A stretch of DNA of 59,386 nt, the filler included. It is 8 parts of 8 records of this genome, joined end to end, with 100 filler letters (N's around TTAATTAATTAA, not from the genome) between each part and the next. Parts side by side here need not be neighbours in the genome. Positions count along the whole stretch, not along the records: positions 48,519 to 53,568 come from SRR31156797_31931; positions 53,669 to 59,386 come from SRR31156797_31993; 6 more parts are not named here. The stretch is one strand, 5' to 3'. A program made the position numbers and the translations under genes. Positions within the stretch are counted from its first letter, which is position 1; the number at the start of each line of letters is the position of its first letter. Shown here one piece after another: positions 52,047-59,386 of this stretch. The notes below the pieces were generated by a model, which had not been told where the DNA came from, made no database searches, and saw only the letters and a list, made by a program, of their open reading frames with translations.

Positions 52047-53276
52047 TCAGGAGAAAAGGGAAAAGATCCCCTTGGGGGGCTTGCCCTGGCCTTTGCCTGC
52101 ATTGAACTGTGAACGGATACCGTCCATGGCGGTTTTCATGTCAATGACGATTTTATCCTTTTCTTTTGATTCGGTTTGGTACGTCTGAACATATCCCAAA
52201 ACTTTTTCAATATCATTCAGGGTTTTCATCAGTGGGCGGGAACCGATAATCTTGCCGACCCTTATCAACACCTGCTCACAATATTCGATAAAGCCTGAGA
52301 TGAGCAATTCTTTCTGGTTTTTAAGGTCGTCCATGGACTTTAAGACGGACTCAAGGGCCTGGAGATTCTCGTTCTTTGTATTATCCGGATGATAATCTTC
52401 AAATATTTTCTTGATCGGGGTGCCAAGTTCGGATTTGCTTTCCTGGAAAAGCGAGTGGGCTCTTTCCCCCAACTCTTCGGTAACGTTTTTTTTAATGGTC
52501 TGGAGTATGTCGTTGAAAACCGTGAGAATGGCGGATAACCCGTTGCCGGTTTCCCCGTTATTGAGTTGGATTTCGTCTTTTTCCTCGATCAGTCCCGATG
52601 ATATCACAGAGAAAAAAATCTTATAAACGGCAAATTCATCGTAGCCGCTTTCCGTGATCACCTGCCGCACGGACCGGGCGCCGTCAATCAGGGAAAGCAC
52701 ACGCCATTCATTGGCATTGAGTTTGATTTCTTCTTTGGTTTGAACCTTGCCTGACATTTTAAATACCAGTTTGTCACTGGGTATCACTTTTTTCAGGACG
52801 GATAATTCGTCGATTCTCCGTGAGGCTTCAAGGATCAGCTTCATGGGATTGAGCTGGGTAACAATCATATTTTTCAGGTTCAACCGGGCATCCTTATACT
52901 CAAATCTTCCTTTTTCCCAGAAAAGAAGGTCATACAGGATGGTCTCCACCTGTTTGGTATTATATTTTTTCAGGATATCCAGGGAAATATACCCTTTTTC
53001 AACCAGGATTTTACCCAGATGGAGTTTCTCTTCTTTGGCAAAGGCAAGGCATTTTTGAAGCTGCTGGGCAGAGATTATGCCATCGGAGCGCAGTAAAAAA
53101 CCAAGTCTTGCCTGTTTAAGAGAAGCAGAGGCATAGATAATGGTTCCATGGTCAAAAAAAACCCGGCTTTCAACATTCTCCCGGGTAACGGTCAGGATGC
53201 CGGTTTTCTGGTCATTACATAACAGTTGAAGAATACTGGCAAGTGTTAACCCTTCAAAATCGCCCTGTAGATTCAT
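52047..53276 (-). CDS. DUF4388 (PatA-N-like) domain protein
   Basis: MNLQGDFEGLTLASILQLLC..QKTGIL...G.IIYA...RLG.LL...LFWEKGRFEY, ILEASRRIDE, VLSLIDG.RSV. Confidence 0.85.
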   Translation of the reverse strand: MNLQGDFEGLTLASILQLLCNDQKTGILTVTRENVESRVFFDHGTIIYASASLKQARLGFLLRSDGIISAQQLQKCLAFAKEEKLHLGKILVEKGYISLDILKKYNTKQVETILYDLLFWEKGRFEYKDARLNLKNMIVTQLNPMKLILEASRRIDELSVLKKVIPSDKLVFKMSGKVQTKEEIKLNANEWRVLSLIDGARSVRQVITESGYDEFAVYKIFFSVISSGLIEEKDEIQLNNGETGNGLSAILTVFNDILQTIKKNVTEELGERAHSLFQESKSELGTPIKKIFEDYHPDNTKNENLQALESVLKSMDDLKNQKELLISGFIEYCEQVLIRVGKIIGSRPLMKTLNDIEKVLGYVQTYQTESKEKDKIVIDMKTAMDGIRSQFNAGKGQGKPPKGIFSLFS

Positions 53277-53568
53277 GGTACCCTTCCCTCTAACATGGTT
53301 ACCTGGATTTAAACCTCCATAGATACATACTATGGCACAATATTTCCGGCAATACAATCGTCAAAAAACAGGGTAGGAACAGCCATGATCAAACCTGTGT
53401 TCTATTAAATCCTTTGGTTGAAGGTCTTTTCCGGGATCGCTCTCCATGAATCCATACGTAGGACAAAAAATCCAGATAGAACCGGAGTCCTTTTATATAT
53501 CCCCCCGCGTATTCGGAGGGATCTTATTTGTCTGTATTACCGATTTGTAATTTATTGAATAGAATCGG

Positions 53569-53668
53569 NNNNNNNNNNNNNNNNNNNNNNNNNNNNNNNN
53601 NNNNNNNNNNNNTTAATTAATTAANNNNNNNNNNNNNNNNNNNNNNNNNNNNNNNNNNNNNNNNNNNN
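53569..53668. other. Artificial contig spacer 7
   Basis: N44-TTAATTAATTAA-N44. Confidence 0.98.
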
Positions 53669-53670
53669 AC

Positions 53671-54141
53671 CTTAAGCATCTGCTTTCGAATGTCTTTTTT
53701 GGTGGAATTGCCGTCTTTTCTCTTGCAACGCTCACCGGAACTGGTTACTCGTGGCTGATGTTTCTTCTTTCCGGATTTTTTGGAAATGTTCTTAACGCCT
53801 ATTTTTATGGACGTGCACATAATTCAATTGGAGCATCAACTGCAGTTTTCGGAGTTGTGGGTGTGCTTGCAGGATTACAGTTTTTCAGTCGTTTCCGTGA
53901 AAAGAAAACCTATGCATGGGTTCCATTTGCAGCGGCTTTAGGACTTTTGGCAATGCTTGGAAGCAGTGAAAAAAGTGACATCATGGCCCATCTTTTCGGA
54001 TTTGTATCAGGAATTCCGCTGGGGATATTTACCGGTCTGATCTTTAGCAAGGTAAAGATACCAGGAAAGTTCAGTCAGTTCTTAATATTTTTAGGAACTT
54101 GTGCCGGATTTGTTCTTTGTTGGATGAAAGCTGTTTTATGA
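53671..54141 (+). CDS. Rhomboid intramembrane serine protease, 5' truncated
   Basis: HLLSN upstream of the ORF-track start, GAS (SIGASTAVFG), AHLFGF. Confidence 0.88.
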   Translation, partial: LKHLLSNVFFGGIAVFSLATLTGTGYSWLMFLLSGFFGNVLNAYFYGRAHNSIGASTAVFGVVGVLAGLQFFSRFREKKTYAWVPFAAALGLLAMLGSSEKSDIMAHLFGFVSGIPLGIFTGLIFSKVKIPGKFSQFLIFLGTCAGFVLCWMKAVL

Positions 54142-54144
54142 AGA

Positions 54145-55347
54145 TCAGTAATCTTTGATCGCCTGAGCAAGTCTCTTGATACCTTCTTCGATCATGTCGC
54201 CATCACAGAAAGAGAAATTCATTCTCAGAGTGTTTCTTCCGCTTCCGTCACAATGGAAAACATGTCCCATAACAAAGGCTACGTTCTTGTCAATTGCCTT
54301 GAGGAAAAGTTTTTCATTATCCATACCTTCAGGAAGAAATACGAAGAGGAAAAGTCCACCTTCAGGATCTGTCCATGTAACACCTTCAGGAAGGTATTTT
54401 TCAAAGCAGTCCATCATTATTTTTTTCTTATGACGATAAAGTTTTATAGTTTTTTCAAGGTTCGTTTCAAAATAACCTTTTTCCATATATCTCGCTGCAA
54501 TTCTTTGAACAAATGGAGGAGCGCAAAGGTCAACAGACTGTTTGGTAGTCACAAACTTATCAACTATTTTAGGATCTGCAATGATCCATCCCAATCTGAA
54601 CCCGGGAACAAAGATCTTTGAGAAAGTTCCAAGTGTTATAGTTGTACCTTTTTCATCAAGCTGATAAATTGTTGGCTGAGCAACACCTTCAAAACGAAGC
54701 TCTCTGTAAGGACTGTCTTCAACGATGAGAATTTCATATTTATGTGCAATAGCGATAATTTCTTTTCTTCTTGACTCAGGCATTGTTATGCCGGCAGGGT
54801 TCTGGAAGTCAGGAATAACATAGATGAATTTTGGTTTTTCACCTTTTGCTTTAAGCTCTCCGAGGGTTTTATCAAGCTCAATCGCGCTCATTCCTTTTTC
54901 ATCATGATTTACACCGACAAGATCAGCGCCGTAAACGTTAAAAGCCTGAAGTCCGCCAAGATAACTTGGAAGTCCGACAATTACTTTGTCTCCATCATTG
55001 ACAAAAATTCTGCCGAGAAAATCAAGAGCCTGCTGAGAAGAAGTTGTTATGACAAGATTTTCTGTTGTGATATCAAGACCCATTGTCTGGTATCTTTTTG
55101 TAAGTTGCTCTCTTAAAAGATCGTCACCTTCAGTTGTTCCGTACTGAAGTGCAAGACTCGCCTCGTTTTCAAGAACTTCTTTTGTGATCTCTTGAAGTTC
55201 TTTTACTGGAAATGTGCATGGAGCCGGCAATCCGCCTGCAAAGGAAATTAGTCCAGGTTTCTTAGTAAGTTTAAGCAGTTCTCTGATCTCAGATTTCTTC
55301 ATTCTTTTGGTTAAATTTGAAAAATTGTTTTCAAGATCCTTGTACAT
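54145..55347 (-). CDS. Class I/II PLP-dependent aminotransferase (LysN/ARO8-like)
   Basis: ISFAGGLP, LQYG.TEG, FQNPAG, EDSPY, GTFSKIFVPGFRLGW, PEGGLF. Confidence 0.92.
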   Translation of the reverse strand: MYKDLENNFSNLTKRMKKSEIRELLKLTKKPGLISFAGGLPAPCTFPVKELQEITKEVLENEASLALQYGTTEGDDLLREQLTKRYQTMGLDITTENLVITTSSQQALDFLGRIFVNDGDKVIVGLPSYLGGLQAFNVYGADLVGVNHDEKGMSAIELDKTLGELKAKGEKPKFIYVIPDFQNPAGITMPESRRKEIIAIAHKYEILIVEDSPYRELRFEGVAQPTIYQLDEKGTTITLGTFSKIFVPGFRLGWIIADPKIVDKFVTTKQSVDLCAPPFVQRIAARYMEKGYFETNLEKTIKLYRHKKKIMMDCFEKYLPEGVTWTDPEGGLFLFVFLPEGMDNEKLFLKAIDKNVAFVMGHVFHCDGSGRNTLRMNFSFCDGDMIEEGIKRLAQAIKDY

Positions 55348-55489
55348 TGCTGACCTCCAAAAAGTAGTAAAAAACTGTGTTATTAAAACTTACTAATAAT
55401 AGGAAATCAAGGAAACATTTTTAAATTTTATGATAAATTCCATGCCTATGATAAACTAAATAGCAGAATTCAAATTCCCGGAGGGTCTT

Positions 55490-56194
55490 ATGAGTGGAAA
55501 ATTTTCAGTAAAGCCTGTGAAAAATTACAAGGCTGGTTATCCCAAGAAAGGTTTTTTTAGAAAATCATTTGTTGCTGCAGTTCCGATAAAGTTTTTCTCA
55601 TTTCTTATCATAGGCCTACTGTTTTTTATAACGGTTCCAGGCTGTGAAGAAAAGGAAGAGCTTTCCGGAGTTATGGTGCCTGACCACGACATGGAAACAA
55701 CTGATAGTGATACGCCCGAAAAAAGTGATAGTGATTCAGTGGAAAAGAGCGATCTTGACCAGATAGATGGAGGAGCAGTCCCCGAATGCTTTGATAGCGA
55801 GGACTGTGAGGAAGGATTTGTCTGTGATGTTTCAACAAACACCTGTGTTGAAGAAATGCTTGGAGATCCAATGCCCGAATGTACTACAAATGAAGATTGC
55901 GATGAAGGGTATTACTGCGATCTTGATTCATATACCTGTGTTATGGAGCTTGCCGGAGAACCTGTTGGTGAATGCTATGGAGATGAAGACTGTGAAGAAG
56001 GTTTTTACTGTGATCTTTTAACATATACCTGCGAGGAAGAAATGCTTGGAGATCCGGTTCCGGATCAGGAAGTCAACGATGAATCTGACACAGATATAGT
56101 TCCTGACGATGTGGTTCCGGATGAAGAAACTCCGGATGAAGAAACTCCTGATGAAGAACTTGGAGGAATTGCACCCCCTGAACTGAAAAGCTAG
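55490..56194 (+). CDS. Acidic Cys-rich putative lipoprotein with three 31-aa repeats; candidate rSAM substrate
   Basis: GGAGG RBS; basic N-terminal extension, hydrophobic stretch ending VPGC; three C-x5-C-x5-C-x6-C repeats; six [LIM]xGxxx[P/G] motifs. Confidence 0.8.
   Translation: MSGKFSVKPVKNYKAGYPKKGFFRKSFVAAVPIKFFSFLIIGLLFFITVPGCEEKEELSGVMVPDHDMETTDSDTPEKSDSDSVEKSDLDQIDGGAVPECFDSEDCEEGFVCDVSTNTCVEEMLGDPMPECTTNEDCDEGYYCDLDSYTCVMELAGEPVGECYGDEDCEEGFYCDLLTYTCEEEMLGDPVPDQEVNDESDTDIVPDDVVPDEETPDEETPDEELGGIAPPELKS
55763..56062 (+). repeat. 93-bp-period coding repeats (about 3 units)
   Basis: Cys at aa 100, 131 and 162; GAAGAAATGCTTGGAGATCC recurs in the DNA. Confidence 0.85.
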
Positions 56195-56202
56195 GTCTAT
56201 TT

Positions 56203-57291
56203 ATGGATATGATCCTTTTTCTTACCAGAGACTGCACTCTGGAATGTCCTTACTGTTATGTCGAACATAAATCTAACTCAGCAATGTCAAAAGAGACGGC
56301 ATTAAAAGCTGTTGATCTTTTTATCAAAGAAAACAATGAAAAGGCAAAGCTCAGTTTTTTTGGTGGCGAAACTCTTTTACAGTTTGATCTAGTTAAGGAA
56401 CTTACTAAATACGCAGATGAAAAATCGAAGCAAAAAGGGATAGATATTAACTTCTCAATTGCTACCAATGGAACACTTGTTGATGAGCAAGTGCTTGAGT
56501 TTTTTGAGAAATATAGCTTTAGAGTTGAGCTTTCAATAGATGGGAACGAAAAGGCACACAATTTGAACCGTCCTATGAGAAATGGTGGAAATTCATATCA
56601 GGCTGTTGTCAAGAATTTGCCTGAGTTACAAAGGCGTGCGGGCCACGTTGCCGTCACAGGTGTTATTACCCCGGAGACTGCTCCGTTCATTGCCCAAAAT
56701 TCAATGCATGTAGTTGATGAGCTCGGTGTGAAAAGCTATATCATGGTTGCAGACTACACTGCTCCATGGAAAGAAGAGCACCTTTCAACTGCTCTTGATC
56801 AGCTTCTTATTCTTGAAGATTGGTATATTGAAAAAAGCAGAAAGGGTGAAGCTTTTTATTATTCTCTTTTTGATGTTCATATAGCAGCACATATTCGTGG
56901 TGGATTCAAGCCGGGAGATCTTTGTGATGTCGGCAGAAAGATCTGTGCGGTAGGAGAGGATGGAAGGATCTTTCCATGTGTTAGATTCGCGGGGAAACCT
57001 TTAAAAGCAAAAAACTATGTCCTGGGTCATGTGGATACCGGTCTTAACTGGAAAAAATGTAGCGATATTTCTGCCGAGAACCTAAAGCCCAGAACTCAGT
57101 GCTCTGATTGTAACCTTGATGGAAGATGCATTACGTACTGCCCATGTCTAAACTGGGATACTACAGGATCATTATCGCAAGTCCCCGGAATTCTCTGTGC
57201 CTTTGAAAGCATGGTGATCCCGATCGCAGACAGGATCGCAAGGACTCTTTTTAAAGAAAAGAATCGATCATTCATGAAAAAGCATTATTGA
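56203..57291 (+). CDS. Radical SAM/SPASM-domain protein
   Basis: CTLECPYC, FFGGETLL, ATNGTL, SIDG; SPASM CDVG...GRIFPC...CSDC.....C...CPC...LC. Confidence 0.92.
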   Translation: MDMILFLTRDCTLECPYCYVEHKSNSAMSKETALKAVDLFIKENNEKAKLSFFGGETLLQFDLVKELTKYADEKSKQKGIDINFSIATNGTLVDEQVLEFFEKYSFRVELSIDGNEKAHNLNRPMRNGGNSYQAVVKNLPELQRRAGHVAVTGVITPETAPFIAQNSMHVVDELGVKSYIMVADYTAPWKEEHLSTALDQLLILEDWYIEKSRKGEAFYYSLFDVHIAAHIRGGFKPGDLCDVGRKICAVGEDGRIFPCVRFAGKPLKAKNYVLGHVDTGLNWKKCSDISAENLKPRTQCSDCNLDGRCITYCPCLNWDTTGSLSQVPGILCAFESMVIPIADRIARTLFKEKNRSFMKKHY

Positions 57292-57358
57292 CCCCACAAG
57301 TTTGACTTGAACTTATCAATCCAGTAAAATTCGGCACGTTCAATTATCGGGGTGGATC

Positions 57359-59386
57359 ATGAAACTATTTTTATCCGTATTTTTCTTTAGTACATTTTTA
57401 TTGTTAACCGGTTGCGACAGCAAAACAACTGTTCCGGAGCTTGGAGAACACTCAGTGGACTTTAAAGTCTTTATGGAAAAGAGAGAATCCGGATTTACGA
57501 ATCTTAAAGATTCAAGACTTGGACTTATTCCTTCTCCGATAGATAATAGGCATCTTTTAAAACAGTTCATTTCTGCATCAAATAAACTGTCAGTTAAGAA
57601 CGCAACAGATCCTGCATACGATCTTAGGACTCACGGAAGAGTAACATCCGTTAGGGATCAGGGAGATTGCGGATCTTGCTGGAGTTTCTCTGCAATGTCT
57701 TCGCTTGAGTCATCCTTTTTGCCTGGAGAGACGAATGATTTTTCAGAAAACAATCTCAAAAATCTGCATGGGTTTGAGTGGGGGGAATGTGATGGGGGCA
57801 ATTCAGATATGGCAGCTGCATATTTTATGCGGTGGAGTGGTCCAGGAAACGAAATTGATGATCCATACGGAGAATATGATGATACCTCACCGGCACTTTC
57901 TCCAGTAAAACATATCACTGATTATTATAGTGTTTCAAGCGGTTCTATATCTTCGATTAAAGAAGCCGTCGTGGAGTTTGGTGCTGTTGATGCGGGGATG
58001 TACTATAATGATACCCATATGGATTTTGCTGCTAATTCCTATTATTATTCAGGGTCTTTGGATATTAACCATGGGATTTCAATTGTGGGCTGGGATGATA
58101 ATTACAGTAAGGCTAATTTTAATACTTCTCCAACAAATGATGGGGCTTGGATAATAAAGAACAGTTGGGGGACAGGTTGGGGTGATAGCGGATACTTTTA
58201 TATCTCTTACGAAGATTCAAAGATCAATACCAACTGTCATGCATTTAAAGCAACTGATGTTGAATATGAAAATCTTTATTCTCATGATCCTTTTGGAAGA
58301 ACGGGTTGGGGTGGTTACGGAAGCGAGACTGCTTGGATGTCTAATCTTTTTACTGCAGGAAGTGATGAGACATTAAAAGCTGTCAGTTTCTACGCAAATT
58401 CTCACTCTACAGCTTTTGAGATCAGGATCTATTCAGGTGTTACGACAAATCCCACATCAGGAGCAACTTTAGAAACCACTCAGACCGGTACAGCTGAAAT
58501 TTCGGGTTATAACTCAGTGGTTCTTGACAGCCCTGTAGATCTCAGTGCGGGAACGAAATTTTCTGTAGTAATTAAAGTTACGACTCCTGAGAACACTTAT
58601 CCTGTTCCGCTTGAAATGCCTGTTGGGGGATATGCGAGCGCAACAGCGTCAAGCGGAGAGAGTTTTATGGCTGCTGATTCCGGTGGAAATCCTGGAGCAT
58701 GGTTGAATATATATGACGATTATGTTGCAAACACAAATGTTAATATCAAAGCATACTCAATCGCACAGGTAGTGCCGATAGATCTTGTTATCAATGAGAT
58801 AGATTACGATCAGAACTCTACAGATGATGCTGAATTTATTGAGATTTATAATAAAGGTGGTTCTTCTGTAAATCTTTCCGGGATGTCTCTTGTTCTGGTT
58901 AGCGGTGCAGATAATTTAGATTATTTGACGATCAGCCTTCCTGATGTCGACTTGGCTGCCGGGGATTACTATGTGGTTTGTGGCGATTCTGCAAATGTTG
59001 CAAATTGCGATCTGGATACTTCTCCGGATACAAATCTTATTCAAAATGGTTCTCCTGATGCAGTAGCTTTATTTAACGGGGTTGATCTTATTGATACCGT
59101 TTCTTATGAAGGAGACACAGCTGGTTATACAGAGACAGCTGGTGCCGGGACAGATGATCCCAACCTTATTTCGTCTGGAATTTCAAGATATCCCAACGGC
59201 GTAGATACAAATGATAATAGTTCTGATTTTTCTGTACGATGTATAACTCCTGGAGAAACTAACAGTGCAAATACCGGAAGTTGTGCATGCGGAAACGGGA
59301 TTGTAGATGTAGGTGAGGATTGTGAGCCGGGTGATGGTGTTTGTTGCTCAGCAAGTTGCAAATATGAAGCAGTCGATGTTGTTTGC
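57359..59386 (+). CDS. Lipoprotein C1A (papain-like) peptidase with lectin-like, lamin-tail and Cys-rich modules; 3' end runs off the window
   Basis: Not in the ORF track because no stop is reached. LLLTGC lipobox, RDQGDCGSCWSF, INHGISIVGWDD, WIIKNSWG, LVINEIDYDQ..D.AEFIEIYN, CGNGIVDVGEDCE. Confidence 0.88.
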   Translation, partial: MKLFLSVFFFSTFLLLTGCDSKTTVPELGEHSVDFKVFMEKRESGFTNLKDSRLGLIPSPIDNRHLLKQFISASNKLSVKNATDPAYDLRTHGRVTSVRDQGDCGSCWSFSAMSSLESSFLPGETNDFSENNLKNLHGFEWGECDGGNSDMAAAYFMRWSGPGNEIDDPYGEYDDTSPALSPVKHITDYYSVSSGSISSIKEAVVEFGAVDAGMYYNDTHMDFAANSYYYSGSLDINHGISIVGWDDNYSKANFNTSPTNDGAWIIKNSWGTGWGDSGYFYISYEDSKINTNCHAFKATDVEYENLYSHDPFGRTGWGGYGSETAWMSNLFTAGSDETLKAVSFYANSHSTAFEIRIYSGVTTNPTSGATLETTQTGTAEISGYNSVVLDSPVDLSAGTKFSVVIKVTTPENTYPVPLEMPVGGYASATASSGESFMAADSGGNPGAWLNIYDDYVANTNVNIKAYSIAQVVPIDLVINEIDYDQNSTDDAEFIEIYNKGGSSVNLSGMSLVLVSGADNLDYLTISLPDVDLAAGDYYVVCGDSANVANCDLDTSPDTNLIQNGSPDAVALFNGVDLIDTVSYEGDTAGYTETAGAGTDDPNLISSGISRYPNGVDTNDNSSDFSVRCITPGETNSANTGSCACGNGIVDVGEDCEPGDGVCCSASCKYEAVDVVC

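Noticed and set aside
8759-53668. Recurring TTAATTAATTAA as a biological repeat, and ORFs containing X runs
   Set aside because: It is an all-frame-stop linker inside N padding. ORFs crossing it are artefacts.

Overview
The window is not one genome. It is eight unrelated contigs joined by seven identical 100-nt artificial spacers (44 N + TTAATTAATTAA + 44 N), so adjacency across a spacer means nothing. Taxonomic labels are inferences from composition and gene style. (1) 1-8758, GC-rich, spirochaete-like: a FAS1 lipoprotein divergent from a CarH/LitR-like B12-binding MerR regulator, a MocR regulator, birA-bioY-ECF A/T with a canonical BirA operator, a NifA-like activator and a sigma54-driven amt gene. 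(2) 8859-21228, Bacteroidota: T9SS and Cthe_2159-like proteins, a leader ORF plus terminator ahead of bioB-A-F-G-C-D, then mltD, DUF5683-like and parB. (3) 21329-28055, Desulfobacterota: tsf-pyrH-frr-uppS-cdsA-dxr-rseP-purL. (4) 28156-34633, Desulfovibrio-like: glf, hflKC, PMM/PGM, rnhA. (5) 34734-41325: PAS kinase, atypical pyruvate kinase, ferric-reductase-like protein, MBOAT remnant, AAA ATPase. (6) 41426-48418, Bacteroidota type II-C CRISPR-Cas: tracrRNA, cas9 with a 5' frameshift, a RAYT-like HUH nuclease carrying three 33-nt REP-like hairpins, cas1, cas2 and the first repeat. (7) 48519-53568: MglB/MglA/roadblock/DUF4388 locus. (8) 53669-59386: rhomboid, aminotransferase, a Cys-rich multi-motif lipoprotein plus radical SAM/SPASM enzyme, and a C1A peptidase. 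The strongest leads are the RAYT/REP module coupled to cas1, the rSAM plus repeated-core lipoprotein pair, and the attenuator-like leader of the Bacteroidota bio operon.
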